The position numbers were made by a program, and so were the translations under genes. The notes below the pieces were generated by a model. That model saw only the letters and a list, made by a program, of their open reading frames with translations, ran no database searches and was not told the DNA's origin. From Acidimicrobiales bacterium (GTDB lineage: Bacteria; Actinomycetota; Acidimicrobiia; Acidimicrobiales; Aldehydirespiratoraceae), in assembly GCA_029246685.1 (NCBI GenBank), contig JAQWMR010000004.1:84841-148840 (forward strand): DNA of 64,000 bases, written 5' to 3'. Numbering within the stretch: position 1 is the stretch's first letter; every line of letters starts with the position of its first letter. Of this stretch, positions 1 through 8,940 are shown piece after piece.

Positions 1-1
1 T

Positions 2-676
2 GCGCTCGAGCTTGTCGGACTCAACGACTTCGCCGAGCGGGCACCGGCGACATTGTCGGGAGGCCAACAGCAACGAGTTGCGCTGGCCCGAGCACTCGCC
101 CCCCATCCCGATGTGCTCCTTCTTGACGAACCGTTTTCAAGCCTCGACACCGCACTGCGGGTCGAAGTCCGCACTGAGGTGCATCGGCTGCTCGCTGAGC
201 TCGAGATCACAACGATCTTTGTGACCCACGACCAAGAAGAAGCATTCGTGGTTGGCGATGAAGTTGCCGTGATGAACGCGGGCAAGGTCGTGCAGGTAGG
301 GACCCCGGCCGAACTCTATCGACGCCCGGCCGACCGCTGGGTCGCCGAATTCGTCGGCACGGTCTCGCCTGTGAGAGGCATGGCTTCTGGCGGCGACGCA
401 GCGACTGCGATTGGGCCTATCCGTTTGCACGAGCCGCTGACCGGCGACGTTGATGTGTTTCTGCGACCCGAACAGCTTGTTCTCGGGGTGGGGGAGGCGG
501 GGCTCGTTGAGCTCGTCGAGTTCTACGGGCACGACAACATGGTCTTTGTTCGCGTGGGTGACTCTCTGTTGAAGGTTCGCACCGGACCGGAGAGCGAATA
601 TCGGCGAGGCGATCGCGTCGCCGTGAAGTTCGTCGGACGAAGTGCCGCTGCATTCGCTCTGCCCGGTCGTTCCTGA
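2..676 (+). CDS. ABC transporter ATP-binding protein, C-terminal part (5' end outside window); Fe3+/polyamine-importer type
   Basis: Frame open from nt 2; ABC signature LSGGQQQR, Walker B LLLDEPFSSLD, H-loop FVTHDQ, then a ~100-aa TOBE-like C-terminal domain; stop TGA 674-676. Confidence 0.9.
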   Translation, partial: ALELVGLNDFAERAPATLSGGQQQRVALARALAPHPDVLLLDEPFSSLDTALRVEVRTEVHRLLAELEITTIFVTHDQEEAFVVGDEVAVMNAGKVVQVGTPAELYRRPADRWVAEFVGTVSPVRGMASGGDAATAIGPIRLHEPLTGDVDVFLRPEQLVLGVGEAGLVELVEFYGHDNMVFVRVGDSLLKVRTGPESEYRRGDRVAVKFVGRSAAAFALPGRS

Positions 677-769
677 CTCGCTGAACGTCTCGCGATGGAC
701 GTTCGGAGAGACGCGAAAACGGGGACGCCCGAAGGCATCCCCGTTGCCGATCCCTGGAGGGGGGACGTC

Positions 770-1981
770 TTAGCTGAGTGTGCCGATGTCGTCGGCGGAA
801 ATTCCGAGAGCGGTCCACGCTGGCGCGAGTGCGGTTCGCACATCATCGCCATTTCCGTTTGCGCCAGGCTCACTGGAGAGGTCGAGAATCGCGTTGATGG
901 CGTCGGCGTCAGCGCCGGCGCCAACGAGTACGGATTCCATCACTCGCCAGAAGGCGTAGCCCTCGGCCTGGTGCGTGCGGGCACCTTCCGCATCGCCATC
1001 GGCAAGGTCGCCCTCGATGAGGGTTGCGTAGCGGACGGTCGCCTGGCTGTAGATGATGGCAAGGTTGCGTACGGCCTCCTCCGCCGCAGCTTCTGCGCCG
1101 GCAGCATCTGAAGCGATGAGTGCATCGCGGCCTTCGATCATGGCGGCGAGAAGGCCCTCGTTGGCGAGCGCCGTTTCACCATCGGCCCCTTCGGTGCCAA
1201 AGTTGCCCGCTCGCTTGTTGCCGGTGGCAAACGGAGCGCAGCCCGATTCGGCGCCGTGGTAGAACGCCCAGCCTTCGTCCCAGTTGTGTACGGCACCTTT
1301 GGCAACGTCGAAGTTGCCGTCGGCCGCCTTCGCCAGTGCGCTGTTCAGTTCGTGGATCGTCCACGCAACCATGACCTGGTTCTGAATACCCTTTTCGACG
1401 CCCTGTCCGCGAACACTCTCGGACTCGCCTTCAAAGGCACCGGTGCCGTCGAGGGCGGCACGAATGAACTCATCGAGCGGTGCCGGCGTGCCGTAGTACG
1501 TTTCGAGTCCATGTGAGCGGTCGTCGCGGGCGGCGAATCCGCCGATGGTGCGAACGGAACCGTCGCCTTTCACGGAGTTGACCCCGTCGGTGTAAATCGC
1601 GTCGACAGCGGCGTAGTCGCCGGCGTCGAGCAGGTCGCCAATGCCGCAGATGTCGGCAACGACGAGACGGTGGCTATCGACGTTGGAGGCGTATTCGTAA
1701 CCACCGTCGCCTGGAGTCGCCGCTGCGGGCTCTTCGCTATCAGTGGCTGGCGCAGAGGCCGAACCGGACGAGCTTCCTGATGAGGAACCAGAGGACGAGC
1801 CGGACCCTGAAGCAGAGCTTGACTCGGAACCTTCGGCGTTCTCGTCGAGATCACGGACTGCCGCGCCGTCGTCGTCATCGCCACAAGAGGCGGCAACGAG
1901 GGCGAGCACCAGCAACAGAGCGGCAAGCAACTTTCTACTCAGCGCAGGCGCCGCCTGCAGCTCAGGGGATTTGGTAGGCAT
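770..1981 (-). CDS. Secreted lipoprotein with Asp-rich and Ser/Gly-rich linker; possibly an iron-acquisition periplasmic protein (FEA1/ISIP2-like or imelysin-like), function tentative
   Basis: Met at 1981 with an AAAGGA RBS-like sequence upstream; lipobox LVAASC followed by GDDDDG and an (S/G)n linker; mature domain contains WDEGWAFYHG; sits next to Fe-ABC genes. The track ORF extends to 2056 but that extension is not signal-like. Confidence 0.7.
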   Translation of the reverse strand: MPTKSPELQAAPALSRKLLAALLLVLALVAASCGDDDDGAAVRDLDENAEGSESSSASGSGSSSGSSSGSSSGSASAPATDSEEPAAATPGDGGYEYASNVDSHRLVVADICGIGDLLDAGDYAAVDAIYTDGVNSVKGDGSVRTIGGFAARDDRSHGLETYYGTPAPLDEFIRAALDGTGAFEGESESVRGQGVEKGIQNQVMVAWTIHELNSALAKAADGNFDVAKGAVHNWDEGWAFYHGAESGCAPFATGNKRAGNFGTEGADGETALANEGLLAAMIEGRDALIASDAAGAEAAAEEAVRNLAIIYSQATVRYATLIEGDLADGDAEGARTHQAEGYAFWRVMESVLVGAGADADAINAILDLSSEPGANGNGDDVRTALAPAWTALGISADDIGTLS

Positions 1982-2078
1982 GGGAAAGGTCCTTTCGGGA
2001 CATTTGAAATTCGTAGTGATAGGCAACCTCAACTTAAGACGGCAGTCGAAACACACTTGTGTCGCAAGATTGGTGGAA

Positions 2079-3719
2079 CTACACGGCGTTGAGCTCGCGA
2101 TACACCGCCGGGACTACCCGTCGGAGATAGGGCCCAAGACTGATGAAGCTCTCACCAGTCATGCGGAAGTGATAGCTGATCGGAACTTCCTGATAGCGAA
2201 AGCCCTTCCCAAGGAGATCGAGTGTTATCACTTGGGCGTAGTTGAAGTCGTGAATCACCTCAGCCGACGCTGCGGCGGCTGGTGAAAATGCCCGGTAGCC
2301 CGTTTGGCCGTCGGAAATCCGCCGGCGTGCAATGATCGAGAGGATTCGCGTGAGAACCAGATTGCCGATACGGCGATGCGGGCGCATGTGGTCGATGCGG
2401 CCAAGAAATCGGCTACCGGCGACGTAGTCGGCGCGGTCGTCGAGAATTGGTTCAACGAGGTTCGCCAGTTCCTCTGGCGGGTACTCGCCGTCGGCATCGC
2501 AGAACACGACGACAGCGGCGCCTCGGTCCACGCCGGTTTGCAGCCCGAACCTGACCGCGGCGCCGAGTCCTTGATTCTGAGGCAACGAGATGACTTCGGC
2601 GCCGGCCTCTCGCGCCCGTTCGACGGTCGCGTCCGATGACCCATCGTCAATGATCAGCACATCGACGGGGCGACCAACGACATCGGCCGGGCAACGCCGC
2701 ACGCAATCAGCAACCGCATCTTCTTCGTTGAACGCTGGCATGAAGAGTAGGACGGGAGCGTCATCCCGAGGCGGCTCCGCACGAACGGGTGGGGCCTGAT
2801 GTGTCGGGTCGAGTCGGAGCCGGCCCAGCAGCGATGGGGCAGGGAAGAGTGCGCCGCTTGCTCCGGCGACGAGTGAATAGGCAGTCTTCAGGGCGTGCGC
2901 GCCGATCGCAGCGACGAGTGCATCGCCAGCGTCGTGTCCCAGCGTGACATAGGCCGCGACGGCAGCGGCTTCGTAGGTGCCAAATCCGCCGGGAGCGATA
3001 GCCGCGATTTGTGCCGCGACGGCGACTGTGGTGACCAGGAGTGCGTCCGACCACGACGCGTCAATCCCGGCCCAATGGGCGGTCTTCCAGACCAGCACCG
3101 CTTCCAAGCCCCAGGCCGAAGTCGCGAGAAGCAGTGTGAGAACGTTTGGCATGGCGACGTCTCGCCGTTGCCGCACCACGGCGGACATCCAACGCCAACC
3201 AACGACCGCCGCGATCGCGACCGCGACGACGCAGATCCACCCGACCCAACCCAGGAGACGAGAGAAGCTCGACGGTGCAACGACAAGTCCCAGGCCGACG
3301 ACAGCAAGGATGTCGGCCGCTCGCAAGGTCAGAGTGGATGCGGTCGCCGCTTCAAGTCCCACCTTTTCGCGCCGGACGACGCTGACGACACGAAACGGCT
3401 CGCCTAACCGAAACGGAAGGATGTGGTTGGCGCCGAGTGCAACGTGGATGCCCGCCAAAGCGTGGCGGAATGAGAGGGCTGGCATGGCTCGGGTCCACGC
3501 CACGGCGCGCAGGGCGAACGCCGCTCCGAATGCCGCGAGCGCGATGGCGACTCCGGTTGGGTCGCTCGTTGCCTCGGTCGCCGAGCGACGGAAGGCACCG
3601 ACATCGATGGTTCTGAGCACGACGATGGCCGCAACGATGCTTGCAACGGCACCGATGCCAAAGGCCCATCTCAATGGGAGTTGTCGCCAAGGCGGCGTAT
3701 TGGAATTCACCATACGCAC
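2079..3719 (-). CDS. Fusion protein: N-terminal flippase-like/LPG-synthase-type polytopic membrane domain + C-terminal family-2 glycosyltransferase
   Basis: About 300 aa of Ala/Val/Leu-rich TM segments, then GT-A motifs LIIDDGSSD, FCDADGEY (DxD) and QTGYRAF. Start is GTG 3719 or ATG 3713. Confidence 0.85.
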   Translation of the reverse strand: MRMVNSNTPPWRQLPLRWAFGIGAVASIVAAIVVLRTIDVGAFRRSATEATSDPTGVAIALAAFGAAFALRAVAWTRAMPALSFRHALAGIHVALGANHILPFRLGEPFRVVSVVRREKVGLEAATASTLTLRAADILAVVGLGLVVAPSSFSRLLGWVGWICVVAVAIAAVVGWRWMSAVVRQRRDVAMPNVLTLLLATSAWGLEAVLVWKTAHWAGIDASWSDALLVTTVAVAAQIAAIAPGGFGTYEAAAVAAYVTLGHDAGDALVAAIGAHALKTAYSLVAGASGALFPAPSLLGRLRLDPTHQAPPVRAEPPRDDAPVLLFMPAFNEEDAVADCVRRCPADVVGRPVDVLIIDDGSSDATVERAREAGAEVISLPQNQGLGAAVRFGLQTGVDRGAAVVVFCDADGEYPPEELANLVEPILDDRADYVAGSRFLGRIDHMRPHRRIGNLVLTRILSIIARRRISDGQTGYRAFSPAAAASAEVIHDFNYAQVITLDLLGKGFRYQEVPISYHFRMTGESFISLGPYLRRVVPAVYRELNAV

Positions 3720-3723
3720 TGTA

Positions 3724-3742
3724 TGGCGTTAGGCTATCTTTA
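3724..3742. promoter_or_regulatory. Candidate IdeR/DtxR-type iron box in the divergent promoter upstream of the Fe-ABC binding-protein gene
   Basis: TGGCGTTAGGCTATCTTTA matches 13/19 positions (counted by eye) of the iron-box consensus TTAGGTTAGGCTAACCTAA; it ends 34 nt upstream of ATG 3777. Confidence 0.35.
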
Positions 3743-3776
3743 CAAAACCGACGAAACCCCGATATCATCGATCGCT

Positions 3777-4856
3777 ATGTCCCGCCGCTTTCTTGTCGTT
3801 CCATCCCTTGTTCTGGTCTTCAGCTTGTTTGCCGTGAGCTGCAGTGAGAGCAGCGACCCCGAATCGCTCTCTGGCGTTGCCGCGCAGATCTATGCTGGTG
3901 AATGCGCCGAACAGTCGGGCAATGAGGTTGTGATCTATTCAGGCCGGACGGAGAACCTCATCGAGCCGGTGCTGGATGCATTCGCCTGTGAAACCGGTGT
4001 TCCTGTCGCGGTGCGATGGGGCGCATCAACAGATCTCGCGCTTCTCGTTGAGGCTGACGGAGACCGCACGGAAGCGGACGTGTTCCTGTCGCGCTCGCCT
4101 GGTCCGGTGGGCTTCCTTGAGTCACGAGACCTTCTTGGCGAAATTGATTCAGATGTGCTCGACCTTGTCTCGCCAGAGAATCGCAGTGGCAGCAACACGT
4201 GGGTGGGCTTCTCTGGGCGGAAACGAGTGCTCGTCTACAACGTCGACCAACTTGAAACAGGCGAACTTCCGGCCTCGGTGTTCGAGCTCACTGATGAGAA
4301 GTGGAGAGGGAAGGTTGGAATCCCCGCCACGAACGGCTCCTTCGTCGACTGGTTCACGGTGTTTCGCGATGTGCATGGTGACGATGTTGCGACTGAGTGG
4401 CTCGACGACATGGTTGCGAACGACGCAGACCTCTACTCCAACAACCGTTCGATCGTTGAGGCGGCGGGCCGAGGCGAAATCGATGTTGGTCTCGTCAACC
4501 ACTACTACAACTACCAAGAAGTGGCAGCCGCTGGAGAGACCCACCGGGCGCTGAACCACGACTTTGCCGATGACGACATTGGTTCATTGCTGATCATCAC
4601 GGCCGCCACCGTCCTCAAGTCCACTGATGCGCCCGACGAGGCTGCGCAGCTACTTCGGTACCTGCTGTCGGCTCCGGTGCAGCAGTACTTCACGGACGAG
4701 ACCTTCGAGTACCCGTTGGCCGCGGGTGTCGAGGCCAACAGCACGCTGCCGCCGCTCACCGCGCTTGAGATTGGTTCTGTCGACTTCGACGCACTCGGCG
4801 GCGGCTTCGCCACCACGAACGACATCATCGAAGCCAGCGGCATCCTTGACTCCTGA
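3777..4856 (+). CDS. Fe(III)-type ABC transporter substrate-binding lipoprotein (FbpA/AfuA-like)
   Basis: Signal and lipobox MSRRFLVVPSLVLVFSLFAVSC from ATG 3777; mature part has VVIYSGRTENLIEPV, WVGFSGRKRVLVYN and GEIDVGLVNHYY, typical of ferric-binding-protein family SBPs. Confidence 0.85.
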   Translation: MSRRFLVVPSLVLVFSLFAVSCSESSDPESLSGVAAQIYAGECAEQSGNEVVIYSGRTENLIEPVLDAFACETGVPVAVRWGASTDLALLVEADGDRTEADVFLSRSPGPVGFLESRDLLGEIDSDVLDLVSPENRSGSNTWVGFSGRKRVLVYNVDQLETGELPASVFELTDEKWRGKVGIPATNGSFVDWFTVFRDVHGDDVATEWLDDMVANDADLYSNNRSIVEAAGRGEIDVGLVNHYYNYQEVAAAGETHRALNHDFADDDIGSLLIITAATVLKSTDAPDEAAQLLRYLLSAPVQQYFTDETFEYPLAAGVEANSTLPPLTALEIGSVDFDALGGGFATTNDIIEASGILDS

Positions 4857-4871
4857 CGTGCGTGATCACCG

Positions 4872-6470
4872 ATGTCGATGACTCCTCGATCAGCGCCCGT
4901 CGGCCTGCGGCTTCTGGGAGGTGTTGTCGCGCTCTTGTTCTCGGGTCCAGCGCTGTACCTTCTCTGGCGCAACTTTGATGAGAGCGCCGATCCGTTCGGC
5001 CTGCTGGGGTCGGCTCCCACGCTTGAGCCGCTCGGAAGAACACTGCAGCTCGCGGTTGCCGTTTCGGTGAGCGCTGCGCTCCTGGGCACGTTCCTCGCGT
5101 GGATAAGCATTCGGACCGATGTTCCGGGTGCTCGAATTTGGCGCGTTCTGCTGCCGATCCCATTGGTCTTTCCGACCTTCCTTGGCGCCGCGGCGTTCAT
5201 CCGGACGTTGAGCCCCGGCGGTCTCGTCAGTGACCTGTCTGCTGAGGTTGGTGTGGATCTCACCCGCGATATCCGGGGCTTCTCCGGCGCCTGGTTGGTG
5301 CTGACACTCTTCACCTACCCCTACGTCTATCTCCCTGTCGCGGCCCGGTTACGACAGCTTCCTGGCTCGTTAGAAGAGTCGGCTCGTGTACTTGGTGATT
5401 CACCCACGATGACGTTTCGTCGAATTGTGATGCCGCAGATCGCCTCGTCGGTCATGGCCGGCTCCGTTCTCGTGTTTCTCTACACGATCAGCGACTTCGG
5501 TGCGGTGCAGCTCATGCGCTACGACACCCTCACACGGGCGATCCATACCAACCATCTCGCTCGGCCCCCGGTTGCGTTGGCGCTCAGTCTTATTCTTCTC
5601 GTTCTCGCTCTTGTCGTGGTGGTCGGCGAACGAATTGCGAGTAAGCGCCTGGTTGCCGTCACGACGAACCGAGCCCAACGGCCGATGATCTATCGCCTCG
5701 GCCGTGGTCGATGGGTGTCGTGGGGTGTGGTTTCTGCGGTCTTCTCGCTCGCCGTGATCGCCCCGCTTGCGACACTGACCGACTGGGCGTGGGACGGGCT
5801 TCGGCGGTCTTCGACGGGTGGGCGCTCGCTGACGATCGACAGCGACAAGGTGATCGAATCCAGCGTGAACACGCTGCAGGTCAGCGTGATCGCGGCGGTC
5901 GTTGCGGTCTTGGCAGTGCTTCCGGTTGCGTTTCTCGTCGGCCGCTACCGGTCGAAGGTGGGTTCCTGGTCGCACGTCGTTGTCGTCAGTACGTTCGCGC
6001 TTCCGGGAATTCTGATTGCCCTCGCTCTGACCTATTGGGTGCGCAGCTCGTCCACGGCCAACGACCTCTTTGCCGGCACGATGCTGCTACTGATCTTCGG
6101 TCTCGTGGTGCGGTTCGGGTCACTCGCGCTTGGTGTCACCCTCGACGCCGTCCGGGCGGTCCCCGGTGGATTCCATGATGCTGCTGCGACGTTAGGGGCG
6201 GGCAAGCTACGTCGTTTCCGCACGATCGATCTACCGATCATGGGGCCTGGGTTGCTAGCGGGCGGTGGGCTCGTCCTTTTGTCGGTGATGAAGGAACTGC
6301 CAATCACGCTTTTGGTTGCACCGTTGGGCTTTCCAACGTTGACCACCCGGATCTTCCAGAGCTTTGAAGACGCCTTCGTTGCCGAAGCGGGAATCATGGC
6401 GGTTGTTCTTGTCGCGATGTCCTCGCTTTTGTCGTGGTTCCTGGTTATCCGGCGGGCCGACCATCTCTAG
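4872..6470 (+). CDS. Fe(III)-type ABC transporter permease, duplicated-domain (FbpB/AfuB-like)
   Basis: 532 aa, about 12 TM segments, two tandem binding-protein-dependent permease domains; starts 15 nt after the SBP stop. Confidence 0.85.
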   Translation: MSMTPRSAPVGLRLLGGVVALLFSGPALYLLWRNFDESADPFGLLGSAPTLEPLGRTLQLAVAVSVSAALLGTFLAWISIRTDVPGARIWRVLLPIPLVFPTFLGAAAFIRTLSPGGLVSDLSAEVGVDLTRDIRGFSGAWLVLTLFTYPYVYLPVAARLRQLPGSLEESARVLGDSPTMTFRRIVMPQIASSVMAGSVLVFLYTISDFGAVQLMRYDTLTRAIHTNHLARPPVALALSLILLVLALVVVVGERIASKRLVAVTTNRAQRPMIYRLGRGRWVSWGVVSAVFSLAVIAPLATLTDWAWDGLRRSSTGGRSLTIDSDKVIESSVNTLQVSVIAAVVAVLAVLPVAFLVGRYRSKVGSWSHVVVVSTFALPGILIALALTYWVRSSSTANDLFAGTMLLLIFGLVVRFGSLALGVTLDAVRAVPGGFHDAAATLGAGKLRRFRTIDLPIMGPGLLAGGGLVLLSVMKELPITLLVAPLGFPTLTTRIFQSFEDAFVAEAGIMAVVLVAMSSLLSWFLVIRRADHL

Positions 6471-6482
6471 AAGTCTGCGCTG

Positions 6483-7877
6483 ATGACGCTGCGGCAGCGG
6501 ATGCTCGTAGTCGCGCTGTTGACCCTCGTGGTCGCGGTGATGGCGCTTGACGCCCGAGCGACGTACGGAGCAAGGGTGACCGCTGACGAGCCGCAGTATT
6601 TGCTCACTGCGCTAAGCCTCGGAACGGACCTCGATCTCGATATTCAAGATGAGATTCGCGGGCGGGAGTACCTGCCTTTTCACGAGGTCGGCCTGAACGG
6701 GCAGACAATTGCGTTGCGCGAGGATGGTCAACGGCTGAGCCCGCACGATCCGTTGCTTCCGCTCGTGTTGGCGATCCCGATGGCCCTCGGCGGTTGGGTC
6801 GCGGCGAAGCTCTTTCTGGCTGCGATTGCGGCGGCCACCGCGGCGGCGACGCTCGCTTTGGCTGTTCGCCGGTTTGGGGCGGACCCCCGTGTCGCCATGT
6901 GGATCGTCGGCGCGTTTTTCGTGGCACCACCACTGACGTCCTATGCGACCCAGGTGTACCCGGCGATGCCGGCGGCATTCACGATCGTCCTCGGGCTGTG
7001 GGGAATCACCGGTCATCGGGAAGCGCGAAATGACGCGCTCGTGATCGCCGCGATCATTGTGCTGCCCTGGTTGGCCGCGAAATACGTGCCCCACGCTGGA
7101 GTTCTTGCGTTTTTCTACGGAGTGTCCGCGCTGCGGGCCGATCGTCGCCGACTCGCGCTTTCGGTGATCACTCTCGCGATCGCCGGCGTGGTGTATCTCG
7201 CCGTGCATCAGCGGGTGTACGGCGGCTGGACGGTCTACGCGGCAGGCGATCACTTTGTCGACGGTGAGTTTCAGGTCGTGGGGACGAATCCGAATTATGT
7301 CGGGCGGTCTCCGAGACTCGTGGGCCTCCTGCTCGATCGAGGATTCGGCCTTGGCGCATGGACGCCCAGCTACCTCCTCGCACCTGCTGCGATCGTCTGG
7401 CTGTGGCGATCGGGCCGCCCGGGTCGTGGGGTGATGTGTGCAATGGCGGCCGTTGGATGGTTTGTCGCGACGTGGGTGGCGCTCACGATGCACGGATGGT
7501 GGTGGCCTGGACGTCAGGTCGTGCCGGTCGTGCCGATACTTGTGGTCGCGGTTGCCCTGTTGGTTTCAGATTTGGGCAAGCGACTCGTGCTGGTGATACT
7601 GAGCTCAGTGGTCGGCATGGTCACGTGGCTCTGGCTGGTGTTTGAGGCGTCAACGGATCGACGGACGCTCATTGTCGACTTCGAGGAGACGTCGAACCCC
7701 TGGTATCGGGTTTGGCGTCTTGCACTTCCGAATCACCGGGTCGATGCCGGTTTCGACAATCTGTTGACCGTTCTCTGGTCGACCGCGTTGTTGGTGTCGG
7801 CTCTCTGGGCATGGCGGTCGCCCGGCAATCAGCGAGCGGCGACCGTTGAAGCGGAGGCGGCCGACGTCGTCCGCTGA
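6483..7877 (+). CDS. Polytopic membrane protein, putative GT-C-type glycosyltransferase
   Basis: 464 aa with many TM helices; acidic DEPQYLL motif in the first extracytoplasmic loop as in ArnT/PMT-like GT-C enzymes; starts 12 nt after the permease stop. The function call is tentative. Confidence 0.6.
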   Translation: MTLRQRMLVVALLTLVVAVMALDARATYGARVTADEPQYLLTALSLGTDLDLDIQDEIRGREYLPFHEVGLNGQTIALREDGQRLSPHDPLLPLVLAIPMALGGWVAAKLFLAAIAAATAAATLALAVRRFGADPRVAMWIVGAFFVAPPLTSYATQVYPAMPAAFTIVLGLWGITGHREARNDALVIAAIIVLPWLAAKYVPHAGVLAFFYGVSALRADRRRLALSVITLAIAGVVYLAVHQRVYGGWTVYAAGDHFVDGEFQVVGTNPNYVGRSPRLVGLLLDRGFGLGAWTPSYLLAPAAIVWLWRSGRPGRGVMCAMAAVGWFVATWVALTMHGWWWPGRQVVPVVPILVVAVALLVSDLGKRLVLVILSSVVGMVTWLWLVFEASTDRRTLIVDFEETSNPWYRVWRLALPNHRVDAGFDNLLTVLWSTALLVSALWAWRSPGNQRAATVEAEAADVVR

Positions 7878-8857
7878 CGATGCCAACTCCATTGCGATCG
7901 GAGTCCTTCGGCGAGGGGTGTCTTTGGCTCCCACCCGAGTAGCCGACGAGTTGTCTGTGAGTCGGCTTCGGTTTGTGTCGGATCGCCCGAGGGGCTCGGA
8001 ACCACGCGTACCCGTGCCGAGACGCCACTAATCTTCGCGATCTCATTGATGACATCGTTCAACGAAGCGACACTCCCGCCCCCAATGTCGAGCGCGGCAT
8101 TTGCGGCGAGCGGCGCATGGCTTGCGGCGATGGTGGCTTCGACGATGTCGGCGACATAGGTGAATTCGCGTTCCTGGTGTCCATCACCGCGCCGAACGAA
8201 GGTGGGTCCGTCGGGAATGGTCGCCTCGAAGATCCGATGCATCGCCATGTCCGGACGTTGTCGTGGCCCATAGACCGTGAAGTATCGAAGGGCGGAAATC
8301 GACAGTCCGCGGAGTCGGTAGACCTCGGCCAGTTGCTCGCCGGCGAGTTTCGTTACCCCATAGGGGCTGATCGGCGTCGTGGCGCGGTCTTGTCCTGGAG
8401 AGGCGTGGTTCCCATACACCGATGACGATGAGGCGTAGACGACTCGTTCGACAGCGCACGCGAGTGCGTGTTCATACACTCGTCGGGTGACCTCAACATT
8501 TTGACGCGTGGCATCACCGAAGCCGGGGCCCCAGGAGTCTTGGACGCCGGGTCGCCCGGCGAGGTGAAACACGCGATTTGCGCCCTCGAACGGTTCGATA
8601 GCCGCTGGGTCGAGCAGATCGATCGTCGCGAGTTCGAAACGGTGGTGACGAGTCGCGAGCGCAAGGTTGGCCTGCTTCTGATGAGGCGAGTACCACGGGT
8701 CGAACGAGTCGATACCGATGACATGCTCGCCACGCGCCAGTAGCTCGTCAACGAGGTGCGAGCCGATGAATCCGGCCGCTCCGGTGACGACGACGTGCCC
8801 GATGTGTTCTCGTGTCGAAGAGGTATCGTCATGGGATTCGGATGAATGTACGGACAT
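7829..8857 (-). CDS. NAD-dependent nucleotide-sugar epimerase/dehydratase
   Basis: VVVTGAAGFIGSH Rossmann motif, YASSSSVYG, catalytic YGVTKLAGE (YxxxK). Start is ATG 8857 (GTG 8869 alternative). The 3' end overlaps the convergent gene by 49 nt. Confidence 0.9.
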   Translation of the reverse strand: MSVHSSESHDDTSSTREHIGHVVVTGAAGFIGSHLVDELLARGEHVIGIDSFDPWYSPHQKQANLALATRHHRFELATIDLLDPAAIEPFEGANRVFHLAGRPGVQDSWGPGFGDATRQNVEVTRRVYEHALACAVERVVYASSSSVYGNHASPGQDRATTPISPYGVTKLAGEQLAEVYRLRGLSISALRYFTVYGPRQRPDMAMHRIFEATIPDGPTFVRRGDGHQEREFTYVADIVEATIAASHAPLAANAALDIGGGSVASLNDVINEIAKISGVSARVRVVPSPSGDPTQTEADSQTTRRLLGWEPKTPLAEGLRSQWSWHRQRTTSAASASTVAAR

Positions 8858-8940
8858 GATTAGGTACACCTTACACGCCTGGTTGACGCTTTCGTCATCG
8901 AAGCCCGGGTTCGGTCGATCCCCTCTCGCGGACTCGGATC

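Noticed and set aside
1745-1830. Repetitive DNA encoding the (S/G)n stretch, as a possible tandem repeat or VNTR
   Set aside because: It is an imperfect low-complexity linker-coding sequence inside a CDS, with no clean repeat unit.
2014-2032. A second iron-box-like sequence (TAGTGATAGGCAACCTCAA) upstream of the Ser/Gly-linker lipoprotein gene
   Set aside because: It matches only about 11/19 consensus positions without a gap, which is too weak to call.
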